Positions 51,165-62,155 of a DNA stretch of 64,000 bases are shown piece after piece. Made by a program: the position numbers and the translations under genes. The first letter of the stretch is position 1. Each line of letters opens with the position of its first letter. The stretch is from Mustelus asterias (taxonomy: Eukaryota). The notes under the pieces are model-generated. The model made no database searches, was not told the origin of the DNA, and saw nothing but the letters and a program-made list of their open reading frames with translations. The stretch covers positions 14,756,001-14,820,000 of the forward strand of contig NC_135830.1 of assembly GCF_964213995.1 (NCBI RefSeq). The letters run 5' to 3'.

Positions 51165-52134
51165 CTTCGTTGTTTTATTTCCTAATGGCCAGGTTTTGAT
51201 CGTTTCTTCGTCGTGCAGAGGGCGGGATTGTTTCACACGGTGTTTGGTTTTATGAACCTGAGAACGCACTGCAGGGAATCTATCAGCACAACAATCTCAC
51301 AAAAAATCAAGGCACTTTCACTCGGTGACTATGGTTGTGGAGATTATCTTTATCGATATTCCCCAACTCAGAGGACCCTATGCTTGTGAATTCAGGCAGC
51401 TGGCTGTGTGTACGTTGAAATTCAGCCTTGGGCGGCCTGTGGCTGTCTACCCCACTATTTGTCTAAATCTGTCTCTCTTTGTTCCTGTTTATCTACCTCA
51501 GTCTTTTTCATTCTCGCAATCTCCTCGCTTGTATCTCTATTTCCTTTCCCTATTTTGCTCTTTTTAGCCCTGTATTCTCTCGTTCTCCGTGTGTAACCGA
51601 GGTTCAATTCCTGTGTTGAGGCAGTTGCCCTTTGAGGAAAGATTCAGTTGGATCATTCTGTTCTCTCTGGAGGTTATAACAATGAGAGGTGATTTCATTG
51701 CAAAGTCTGGATTTTAGCAGATAGTTTGAAAGTTTGCATGCTGAGAGGTAGTTTCCCCCGGCTGAGGCATCCAGAACTGGGCTGACATTCTCCAGATAAT
51801 GTGTCAGCCATTTAGGACTGAGGTGAGGAGACATTTCTTCTCTCAAAGGCATGCGAATCTTTTGAGTTCTCGAGAAGATGTTGAAAACTGAGATGTAGAG
51901 ATTTTTGAACTGCAAGGAAATGAAGGGATGTCAGGATAGAGTGGAAAATTGTGTTGAGCTGGGATTCAGTGTGATTTTATTAAGTGGAAGAGGCTCAATG
52001 AGACATGCGACCCAATCCTACTCCATCGATTCTGTCAACTGGAAAGAGCATCAATAACAAGCATCACCCCTGTTTTCGAACAGGAAGTAATTCCAGCTCT
52101 TAATTCATATGCTGCACAAGAGCAGCAATCTTCA

Positions 52135-52206
52135 TTCCCTGAACGAGAATCGAACCCGGAGCACGGCATTGAAAGCATCGCATCCGAACCACGAGGCCAC
52201 CAGGGA
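52135..52206 (-). tRNA. tRNA-Glu(TTC), probable pseudogene
   Basis: 72 nt TCCCTGGTGGCCTCGTGGTTCGGATGCGATGCTTTCAATGCCGTGCTCCGGGTTCGATTCTCGTTCAGGGAA collinear with vertebrate tRNA-Glu; mismatches in D, anticodon and T stems. Confidence 0.8.
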
Positions 52207-52734
52207 AGGTGTTTGCATGCACCTCAACCTCACCAATGTATACACATTTTGCACTTTATTTTCATATCAGTACATTTTTCATACACGAGACAGATAAAAT
52301 GCCATGTTTAGTCGGAACGAGTAACTCATTCAGCCAATGACAACACAGATTGCTGTTAGCTGGAAAGTGAAATCGACAGTGAGGTGAAATAATTCCACGT
52401 AACTGCTCATGCGTATCTTTCAATTTCCAAAATTCGCCAATCTCATCCCCGTGGCTCCTGTGAAATATCCGAGGCAACAGAAAACAGACACACCAAGGAA
52501 CTTACGCATATTTAGCTTAAACTCCTTACTTTCCATTTCAGAATTTTGCAGTTGTAAAAATGCCATCCAGGTGAATGTTCGAATTTGTGCTTATTACACT
52601 GATCATTGCCGACTCGGTGTGTGTTTTACGTTATTACAAAACCAGTATTTATATTAAAAACTGTAGATGGTGGAAATTCTCAGCAGGTTTGGCAGCACCT
52701 GTGGTCATATTACTGTGCTATTTCTCTGTGTACC

Positions 52735-53270
52735 ACTATCTGTGTGTGTGTGTGTGTGTCGGTGTCTGCATTTGTGCGTTTTCCTCTATCTGTGTATGTC
52801 CTGTATCGCTCTGACTGTGCCCCTATGTCTGTATGCGTGTGCCTCTTTATCAGTGTCTGTGTTCCTGAATCTGTGCATGTCTCTGTACTTGTGTGTGTCT
52901 CCCTGTATTTGTGTGTGTCTCTGTATTAGTATTTGTGCCCTTATATCTATACGTGTGTGCTGCTATATCTCTGTCTGTGCCCCGATATCAGTGCGTGTGT
53001 GTCCCTGTATCTGTGTGCCCCTGCATCTGAGTGTGCCCCTGTATCTGTGTTCGTGCCCCTCTATCTATTAGGTTTTCGGTTTCTTCCTGTCTGTTTCCCT
53101 GTGTGTGACTCTGTGCTTGTATTTGGTTAAAGATGTGTGTGTGTGTGTGTGTGTGCGTGCGTGTGCGCGCGCGCGCGCGCATGTGTGTGAGAGTGTGTAT
53201 GACAACATGTGTATGTGAGAGAGTTTTTTAATGTGAAAGTGTGTGCTTGTGTGCACATGTTTGTATTTGA
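52735..53270. repeat. (TG)n-derived compound micro/minisatellite with (GC)n tract
   Basis: TGTG-rich low-complexity sequence; alternating purine-pyrimidine run ~53133-53190; similar tract at 54625-54780. Confidence 0.9.
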
Positions 53271-53654
53271 GTGAGTGTCAATGTCTGTATGGGATTGAGA
53301 TTGTGAAACAGAAACAAATTTCAACTTTGAATCAGAATCACTTCACCCAACCATTTTGGATGTTAACAGTTCCAGAAATAATTGAAGTAACATTTAGCCT
53401 CTGTGTTTACTGTGTATTTGCGAATAGCCCATCTGTTTCAGAAGAGTAAACACCAAAACATTCCATTTGCGGACTTCAAAATACTTTGGGGTTTAAAATG
53501 CTCAAAAAGTCTATTAGAACAGAGTGGATTAACTTAGGATAAGAGTCCCAGACTGCCTTATATATATTTTACAGATGTACTGTCAGCATAGAAACATTTA
53601 AAACGACAGTTAGATAATTTAAATATGTATTTTTGTAAGTATATTATGGAACAT

Positions 53655-54626
53655 GCAGACGTCTTGGCTGATAGCACACCGTTCTAATGTATCATGGGCA
53701 ATAGGCCAGCAACGTGAACCACCTTCGTTATAACGATACACCCATTCAAGCATAGCTCTGAACAGCTTGGGTACCAGATAGCTCAGTGAAAGAGATATTC
53801 ATTAAGCAAGGACAAGCTCGTGGTTCCTGACAGCTTAATGAATAGGCCTGATAAGAGTCCAGGACAGGTGGCCGGGGGAATGTCACGCAGAAACAGTGAG
53901 AACATCAATTTTCCATGCTATCAGAAAATATCTGTGATTGACTAAAGGTATATAACATTTACCAATAATGATTGACCTGTTCGAAAGATGATTGGCTCAT
54001 GATGAGCCAGAGGCGGGTAAAATCTAATTTGAAAGTTATATAGTAGAATTGCCGCTGTGATGTATTTTCAGAGACAAGTTGGACTGCACAGCCCTTCTCT
54101 CCTGGCATGCATTGGTCAATAAAGAACCGTCTTTCACCAGGATTCTGTGTCGCGGGTCTTTGCATTTGCTAAAGTTGAACTCCATTCATGGCCTTTGATA
54201 AAACCCCTAACCTTCCCTGATAAATAGGTGTGAAACTTGTTGAGGTATATAGATGGCAGGATTAATGGGGGGATAAATAGAGATTGAGCAGTTAGATTCC
54301 AACACAGATGTCTTTTCTGTATCACAATAAGTTGCAGAGTTGTAGACCTATAGTTCTAAAATGGCCATAGCTTGTTTAACTCTTTCTTTCTGAGAGAGCA
54401 TGGACAGAATGTGAATAATGGATATATATATATACATATATATTTATAATATAATAAAATCTGTGCCTTAAAATGATTGTGTGATTGTGTTTTCAATATT
54501 CAAGCAATCATTCTGAGAAATTTAGGCAATTTATTAGAAACATTAAAATTTATGTTATAGTGCAACAAGTAGGCTTACATTAACACTGCAATGAAGTTGC
54601 TGTGAAATCTTTTTTTTAGCAGGATC

Positions 54627-54659
<33 letters not shown>

Positions 54660-55020
54660 GTGTGTGTGCCAATGTACCTCTATATATGTGTGTGTGTGCC
54701 CATGTATCTGTGTATGTGTGTGCATGTGTGTGCCCCTGAATATCTATGCATGTGTGCCCCTCTAAATGTCTCTGTGTGTGGGTGCTCCGCTGAGATGAAA
54801 CATTGACAATATCTGGCAGAGGAATTACAGAGGGCAGCAAAGATTACTCACTCCCATTCTGACTGTGATTAGCATCTGATAACTGTTTCAAATGTACGCA
54901 TTGCGACCTGAAATAATCCCACCTTCTATCTCCAGGCAGTACCTTCCAATAGGTAATGAGGGACAGATTACATGTACAGTCTCTGGTTATAAATAGGGTG
55001 AATACACAATCCGAGCTCCT
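53655..55020 (-). pseudogene. Probable decayed IgSF receptor gene (V-like, C1-like and TM exons)
   Basis: 354-nt phase 1-1 exon 54316-53963 with AG/GT ends (SISIYPP...G*GFYQ...VQSNLSL); downstream exon from ~53757 LCLNGCIVITKVVHVAGLL (hydrophobic with Lys); upstream block C...TYWKVLPG...SARYC; multiple stops. Confidence 0.35.
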
Positions 55021-55064
55021 GCTGCAAGCTTCAATCTCAGAAAATATTGTTCAATCTTCATGTT

Positions 55065-55605
55065 TCAGCAACCAGTCCTCTACTTTCTCAGGAGGCTAAG
55101 GAAACTTGACGTGTCAGTTCTGACTCTAAACAACTTTTGCAGATGCAATATAGAAAGCATTATTTCTGGATATATCACAGCTTTGTACGGATTCTGCTCT
55201 CTGCAAGTCTGCAGGAAACTACAAAGTGTCTGCTCGCAAACCAGCCTCCCATCCGCTGACATTGTCTACTCTTCTCGCTGCCTCAGAAAAGCAGCCAGTA
55301 TAATTAAGGACACCACGCACCCCAGATATATTCTCTTTCACCTTCTTCTGTCTAGAAAAAGATACACAAGCCTTTGGATACGTACCAACAGACTTAAGAA
55401 TAGCTTATTCTCTGTTGCCATCAGGCTATTGAACGGACATAAGTTGATCTTTCTCTCCACCCTAGCTATGACCGTAACCATACATGCTGCACTCTCCCCT
55501 TTCCTTCTCTAAGTACAGAATGTTTTGTTCGGATTGCGTGCAAGAAACAATACTTTTCACTGTATGTTAATACACGTGACAATACTAAATCAAATCAAAT
55601 CAAAA
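55065..55605 (+). mobile_element. Rex1/Babar-like LINE 3' fragment
   Basis: ORF 55060..55512 LYFLRRLRK...IESIISGYIT...KAASIIKDTTHP...RTNRLKNS; (AAATC)n tail. Confidence 0.8.
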
Positions 55606-56472
55606 GTGCAGTCATCGAGTTACTGAACCTTTCTGAGACTCACAAAGACTGTCTGCAACAGTTGTGGGTTGTCAGCAGATGGTGGCATTGTATCATTTGT
55701 AATCACAAGATAAATAAGCAGTTTTGAGGTGATTTTTAATATAACTTTGATATTTTGTTATCCCAGAAAGGAAACCATTAGTAAAGCAACGGCACCAACG
55801 TTCCTGTCAGTAATATCCACAAGAAAATCTGACCCAAGGATAAAGAAATTAATACTTGCATTGATATTCATCCACTCGTTAATAAATGTGTCCTTTAACT
55901 GCTAATTATTTCTTTACATTCACTTCAATTATTTTGAAGAGCTGTCTTCTTTTTAAATCCAGACTTTATTAAATGTTATTTCATGATAATTGGACACAAA
56001 TCTCATTTTCTCTGAATTTCCCATGATTGAGCTCTCATGTGTTCCTCAGACCCTTCACAAATCCAGCACAACCCTGTCTGTATTCTGTTCCATCTATGTC
56101 AAAATGTGTCTGCTTATTTGAAGATTGCACTCCGGCACATTTAGGGCCTTAAATCGCTCTGACCTGTAACACACACTGCACAATCTTTGGGAGCCTCAGA
56201 ATGATTTACTGTGCGCTTATTTGAGTTATTAGTGAATTGAAGCAAATGCACTGTCGAATGCTGACACTGGATTCTATTAAATGTTATCGCAGCCATTCCA
56301 ATATCATGTCCCGAGCTGCAACATAACTCCGATTGCAACTGAATGGAAGTTTCGGGCTAATATTTTACAGACACTATAGAACATAGAACATAGAACATTA
56401 CAGCGCAGAACAGGCCCTTCGGCCCACGATGTTGCACCGACCAGTTAAAAAAAAAAACTGTGAACCTCCAAC

Positions 56473-59292
56473 CTAAACCAATTTCTTTTCGTCCATGAAC
56501 CTATCTACGGATCTCTTAAACGCCCCCAAACTAGGCGCATTTACTACTGATGCTGGCAGGGCATTCCAATCCCTCACCACCCTCTGGGTAAAGAACCTAC
56601 CCCTGACATCGGTTCTATAACTACCCCCCCTCAATTTAAAGCCATGCCCCCTCGTGCTGGATTTCTCCATCAGAGGAAAAAGGCTATCACTATCCACCCT
56701 ATCTAAACCTCTAATCATCTTATATGTTTCAATAAGATCCCCTCTTAGCCGCCGCCTTTCCAGCGAAAACAATCCCAAATCCCTCAGCCTCTCCTCATAG
56801 GATCTCCCCTCCATACCAGGCAACATCCTGGTAAACCTCCTCTGCACCCTCTCCAAAGCCTCCACATCCTTCCTGTAATGTGGGGACCAGAACTGCACAC
56901 AGTACTCCAAGTGCGGCCGCACCAGAGTTGTGTACAGTTGCAACATAACGCTACGACTCCTAAATTCAATCCCCCTACCAATAAACGCCAAGACACCATA
57001 TGCCTTCTTAACAACCTTATCTACTTGATTCCCAACTTTCAGGGATCTATGCACACATACACCTAGATCCCTCTGCTCCTCCACACTATTCAAAGTCCTC
57101 CCGTTAGCCCTATACTCAACACATCTGTTATTCCTACCAAAGTGAATTACCTCACACTTCTCCGCATTAAACTCCATCCGCCACCTCTCGGCCCAACTTT
57201 GCAACCTGTCTAAGTCTTCCTGCAAACTACGACACCCTTCCTCACTGTCTACCACACCACCGACTTTGGTGTCATCAGCAAATTTGCTAATCCACCCAAC
57301 TATACCCTCATCCAGATCATTAATAAATATTACAAACAGCAGTGGCCCCAAAACAGATCCCTGAGGTACACCACTTGTAACCGCACTCCATGATGAATAT
57401 TTACTATCAACCACCACCCTCTGTTTCCTATCCGCTAGCCAATTCCTGATCCAATTTCCTAGATCACCCCCAATCCCATACATCTGCATTTTCTGCAGAA
57501 GCCTACCATGGTGAACCTTATCAAACGCCTTACTAAAATCCATATATACCACGTCCACTGCCTTGCCCCCATCCACCTCCTTGGTCACTTTCTCAAAAAA
57601 CTCAATAAGGTTAGTAAGGCACGACCTACCTGCCACAAAACCATGCTGACTATCACCTATCAATTCATTACTCTCCAAATAACTATAAATCCTATCCCTT
57701 ATAATTTTTTCCAACATCTTGCCGACAACAGAAGTGAGACTCACCGGTCTATAATTCCCGGGGAAGTCTCTGTTCCCCTTCTTAAACAATGGGACAACAT
57801 TCGCTAACCTCCAATCTTCTGGTACTATACCAGAGGCCAACGACGACCTGAAGATCAGAGCCAGAGGCTCTGCAATCACTTCTCTTGCCTCCCAGAGAAT
57901 CCTTGGATAAATCCCATCCGGACCAGGGGATTTATCTATTTTCAGACCCTCCAGAATATCCTGCACATCCTCCTTATCAACTGTAATACTGTCTATTCTA
58001 CTCCCTTGCAACCCAGTGTCCTCCTCAGCTATATTCATGTCCCCTTGCGTGAACACCGAAGAGAAATATTGGTTCAATGCTTCACCAATCTCCTCCGGTT
58101 CCACACATAACTTCCCTCTGCCATCTATAACTGGCCCTAAACTTGCCCTAACCAACCTTCTGTTCTTGACATACCTATAGAACGCCTTAGGATTCTCTTT
58201 AACCCTATCCGCCAAAGTCTTCTCATGTCCCCTTTTAGCCCTTCTAAGCTCGCTCTTCAACTCCCTCTTAGCCAATCTAAAGCTTTCTAGTGCACTACCC
58301 GAGTGCTCACGTCTCATCCGAACATAAGCCTCCTTTTTCTTTTTAACCAACAAAGAAACTTTTTTGGTGCACCACGGTTCCCCAGCCCTACCAATTCCTC
58401 CCTGCCTGACAGGGACATACCTATCACAGACTCGCAGTAGCTGCTCCTTGAAAAAACTCCACATGTCGGACGTTCCCAGTCCCTGTAATCTCCTAGTCCA
58501 ACCTATGTTTCCTAATTCTCTCCTAATAGCCTCATAATTACCCTTCCCCCAGCTAAAACCACTGGCCCGAGGTTCATGCCTATCCCTTTCCATCACTAAG
58601 GTGAACGTAACCGAATTGTGGTCACTATCACCAAAATGCACACCAACTTCCAAGTCCAGCACCTGGTCTGGCTCATTTCCCAGCACCAGATCCAATATAG
58701 CCTCACCTCTAGTTGGCCTGTCCACATACTGAGTCAAAAAACCTTCCTGCACGCTTTGAACAAAAACTGACCCCTCTAACGAGCTAGAGCTATAACAATT
58801 CCAGTCAATATTAGTCAAGTTAAAATCCCCCATAACAATTGCCCTATTACTTTCACTCCTAAGCAGGATTGACTCCGCAATCCTTTCCTCAACCTCTCTA
58901 GAACTTTTAGGAGGTCTATAAAAGACTCCCAACAGGGTGACCTCTCCTCTCCTATTTCTAATCTCCGCCCATACTACCTCAACAGATAAGTCCTCATCAA
59001 ACCTCCTCTCTGACACTGTGATACAATCTCTGACCAATAATGCTACCCCTCCCCCTCTTCTACCTCCTTCCCTACTTCGACTAAAACATTTGAACCCCGG
59101 GACCTGCAGCATCCATTCCTGCCCCTGCTCTATCCATGTCTCTGAAATAGCCACAACATCGAAGTCCCAGGTACTGATCCACGCTGCAAGTTCACCCACT
59201 TTATTGCGAATACTCCTGGCATTGAAGTATACACATTTCAAACCCTGCTCCACCCCACCTCTGCAATGCCGTGCATTGCAGTCCCCATCCAT
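56473..59292 (-). CDS. CR1 ORF2: APE endonuclease + reverse transcriptase, 939 aa, uninterrupted
   Basis: YFNARS, ISETW, MGDFN, GDSDH (EN); PGPDG, YRPVSL, QHGF, DFSKAFD, GVPQGS, KFADD (RT). Confidence 0.97.
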   Translation of the reverse strand: MDGDCNARHCRGGVEQGLKCVYFNARSIRNKVGELAAWISTWDFDVVAISETWIEQGQEWMLQVPGFKCFSRSREGGRRGGGVALLVRDCITVSERRFDEDLSVEVVWAEIRNRRGEVTLLGVFYRPPKSSREVEERIAESILLRSESNRAIVMGDFNLTNIDWNCYSSSSLEGSVFVQSVQEGFLTQYVDRPTRGEAILDLVLGNEPDQVLDLEVGVHFGDSDHNSVTFTLVMERDRHEPRASGFSWGKGNYEAIRRELGNIGWTRRLQGLGTSDMWSFFKEQLLRVCDRYVPVRQGGIGRAGEPWCTKKVSLLVKKKKEAYVRMRREHSGSALESFRLAKRELKSELRRAKRGHEKTLADRVKENPKAFYRYVKNRRLVRASLGPVIDGRGKLCVEPEEIGEALNQYFSSVFTQGDMNIAEEDTGLQGSRIDSITVDKEDVQDILEGLKIDKSPGPDGIYPRILWEAREVIAEPLALIFRSSLASGIVPEDWRLANVVPLFKKGNRDFPGNYRPVSLTSVVGKMLEKIIRDRIYSYLESNELIGDSQHGFVAGRSCLTNLIEFFEKVTKEVDGGKAVDVVYMDFSKAFDKVHHGRLLQKMQMYGIGGDLGNWIRNWLADRKQRVVVDSKYSSWSAVTSGVPQGSVLGPLLFVIFINDLDEGIVGWISKFADDTKVGGVVDSEEGCRSLQEDLDRLQSWAERWRMEFNAEKCEVIHFGRNNRCVEYRANGRTLNSVEEQRDLGVCVHRSLKVGNQVDKVVKKAYGVLAFIGRGIEFRSRSVMLQLYTTLVRPHLEYCVQFWSPHYRKDVEALERVQRRFTRMLPGMEGRSYEERLRDLGLFSLERRRLRGDLIETYKMIRGLDRVDSDSLFPLMEKSSTRGHGFKLRGGSYRTDVRGRFFTQRVVRDWNALPASVVNAPSLGAFKRSVDRFMDEKKLV

Positions 59293-59344
59293 GCATCCCT
59301 CACTTTCAGCCCCACTACTCAGGATCCCTCCCCCCCCCCCCGAA

Positions 59345-59785
59345 TCAGTTTAAACCTCCCTGCATGGCCTTAGCAAATTTACCCCCCAGGATATTGGTCC
59401 CCTTCTGATTAAGGTGTAGACCATCCTTCTCATAGAGGTCACACCTTCCCCAGTACGAGCCCCAATTGCTTAAGTACCTGAACCCCTCCCTCCTGCACCA
59501 TCCCCTCAGCCATGAATTCAAACCTTCCCTCTCCCTATTCCTCTCTAAACTATCCCGTGGTACAGGCAAGAGTCCAGAGATAACCACTCTGTCAGTCTTG
59601 GCCTTTAGTTTCCACCCCAACTCCATAAATCCCTGCCTAATATCCCCTTCCCCTATCCTCCCTATGTCGTGTGTCCCCACATGTACAATAACTTGTGGTT
59701 TATCTCCCTCCCCCCTAAGAGTCCTGAATACCCTGTCAGACACATCCCGGACCCCAGCCCCTGGTAGGCAACACACCAACCCTGG
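59345..59785 (-). CDS. CR1 ORF1 C-terminal SGNH esterase-like domain (partial)
   Basis: VCCLPGA, HVGTHD, DGLHLN motifs in ORF 59345..59812. Confidence 0.85.
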   Translation of the reverse strand, partial: PGLVCCLPGAGVRDVSDRVFRTLRGEGDKPQVIVHVGTHDIGRIGEGDIRQGFMELGWKLKAKTDRVVISGLLPVPRDSLERNREREGLNSWLRGWCRREGFRYLSNWGSYWGRCDLYEKDGLHLNQKGTNILGGKFAKAMQGGLN

Positions 59786-60325
59786 TTCCAGCATACGACA
59801 AACAAGTCGCAAAGCCTAGCAACCCTCCCTTCACCGCTCCCTCCCCAACACCAGCCTTCATTAATCTCGTATCCACTTCTTCAATTCACCATCACTCGAT
59901 TCAAAAATGAATATTTCCCGATCGGGGGTGTGGGTGGGCGGTAGCGGGGGGGGCAGGGTGTGCAATGTGAGAGATGGGGTGGTGGGGCTGATACTGTGAG
60001 GCTGGTAGCGGTGGGGCTCGCAGATATTTTCGGTTTGGGATAAGTGTTGATGTAAAATGCTTATGTCAGTAACCTCCCTCCGAATTTGACAGGCGGGTAT
60101 TCTATTCTGGAACTCAATGTGTGCAGCCCACGCTAAATCGCTGGTATTAACTGATTCAAATCCAGACTTCTTTGGAACTGAAGTCGTTTCCTTTTGAATT
60201 TCTAGAATTGCTGTTCATGGCTTTATCAGGATGAATAAAGCAAAATCGACCTCAATGTGTTTCTGATTGAGATGGGTTTCTGCACAGAACATTAGATTAA
60301 CACGTTGTGATGATAAAATATCTGA

Positions 60326-61227
60326 TCACTGTTTAATGAATTTCAAAATTCCAGTAACTGGAAACTTCACCACATTTTTCAGATCCTCTCTGAACTGTGT
60401 CTGTGTCACTGCATCGATGCATGTGTTGGTGCAACAACTAAGGAGTTGGAGCATAAATCCCAGTTCCTGAACAAAACGTGGTAAATGCAACCGCAATATA
60501 TTCAACATGTATAATCGGTCATAAAAGCAATAGAACAGGAACACTGACCATAATAGGATAAAATTTCCCGAAATTGCAAATAGTATGATGATAGATTTTC
60601 TTCTTTTCGCTATCTCTGGGTCACTTGGACTTTCCCCATTCTTGTGGGTCCGAAGTCTCCTGCGGACCTTGCTCAACACTACAATGTATTTAACGGTTAA
60701 AACGTTGAGCAGCACAACCAACAAAAAAGGAACAGTCGGGGTTAAAATATAGTGGAGACTTTCAGCTGCTGCCCATGCTGGTGAGGAGTCGACATCAAAA
60801 TCGACAGAACAGAAATAGGGAGTATTGGAAAGCCAATATCTATTCTCGCACATAAAGTACCAGAAAATATTCTTTACAGTGAACAGCACACTCACTGTTC
60901 CTAGAACCACAATTGCCGTTTCCTCAGTGCAGTATTTTATTTTCAGCTTCTGACAGGTAATGGCCACGAATCGATCAAAGGTAAAAGTGACAGTGAACCA
61001 AACAGAACAGTCAGTGACTGCGTAAAGCAGGACGGCGTGTATATTGCACACTTCAATGTGATACATGAAGATAAATTGATCCGTGAATCTGATCGGAATT
61101 TGCCTCAATACGAGGTCGAAGATGACGACGAGTAGATCCGCCACTGACATGGAAATTAAGTAACGTGACACACATTTGGAAAGTCCACACCTTCCTCGAG
61201 ACAGGATAAGAATCGTCAATAAGTTCA
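60326..61227 (-). CDS. Class A orphan GPCR, GPR139/GPR142-like (chondrichthyan expanded type), exon 2
   Basis: CCCTACAG acceptor; VNLLTILILSRGRCGLS, MSVADLLV, SVWFTVTFTFDRFVAI, CCTNTCI(D)AVTQ; hydrophobic TM segments; no stops. Confidence 0.9.
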
Positions 61228-61917
61228 CTGTAGGGAAGAGAGAGACAATTAACTCATATTTCAGACAGAACAGGAGCAGTGGTCTGGCAGGTTTCTGGGG
61301 GACAGCTGCAGCATTTTCTACAGAATCCAGAATAACATGGATTCACCTGTTCTGCTGCGATTGGGTTCACAGTTGGAAAGCACCGCACTGAGGTATCAAA
61401 AAACCAAATTTACCAACAGATCACATTTCCAATTTGCTGCCTTCTCCTTATTTGTATTTGGGAGACACAATGATGCCAATGGGTTTGGACGAAAGGTTCC
61501 TGATCTGGGTCATTCTGCTGTGACTGTGCTGCAGACTGTGCATCTGTAGGTATTGCATGAGTTGATTTGGATTTGGCTGTGAGTCACAAAACTGGAAATT
61601 ATATATTTTTTTACTGAGGCAGGACCCTGTAGATACGAAGGCGGGAATAGTGAAAGTGGCCGGTGGATGTGGGGAGGGAGTGGGGGGAGAGGGGGATGGG
61701 AGGGGCAAGGGGGGGGGGGGTCGGATGTGGTAGCGGGGAGGACGGAGAGTGGGAAATAGAGAGCAACCACCATGAGAGAGTAGGGAGAATGGCTGCGGGG
61801 AAGAGAGAGATATCTTCCCACTGTACTAGCATATATGGAACATGATGTTTGCACATAATAATATTACTAACTGAGTTTTATGGACAAGGGCAGTAAACAG
61901 AGTGAAATTTGACTCAC

Positions 61918-62014
61918 CAGTCACACCAACTGCAGCGAGGAGCGGGTAGTAAATCCTTTGGATATCATTAAGTACCCAAGTAATACGAAGTTCAAGTGGA
62001 ACAGTCCAGAACAT
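61918..62014 (-). CDS. GPR139-like GPCR exon 1
   Basis: MFWTVPLELRITWVLNDIQRIYYPLLAAVGVT + G, phase-1 GTGAGT donor at 61917; joins exon 2 in frame (total ~332 aa). Confidence 0.88.
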
Positions 62015-62091
62015 AGTTTACCGAATCTGAGATGGCTGTTTTGGAGGGCACTCTCTGTTTTAACACCGCTGCACACAATGAAAACATTGCC

Positions 62092-62155
62092 TATTTATAG
62101 AGCAAAGAATGTCCCTGGTGAAATAATTAACTATGTGCCTAGTGACATTAATCAC
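62092..62155 (-). promoter_or_regulatory. GPCR promoter: TATA box with adjacent EBF-like and homeodomain motifs
   Basis: TATAAATA 62099-62092; TCCCTGGTGA ~62112-62121; TAATTA ~62124; ATTAAT ~62147. Confidence 0.45.

Larger units (their letters stand above)
56377..59785 (-). mobile_element. Young CR1 LINE, 5'-truncated within ORF1
   Basis: ORF1 C-terminus, intact ORF2, 3' UTR and (TTCTATG)n tail at 56377-56397. Confidence 0.97.

Noticed and set aside
52606-53324. Overlapping Cys/Val- or His/Thr-rich ORFs, including SYYCAI
   Set aside because: Artefacts of (TG)n low-complexity sequence
61665-61800. G-rich intron tract as a regulatory G-quadruplex (also 59925-60015)
   Set aside because: G4-forming potential is likely but nothing in the sequence indicates function
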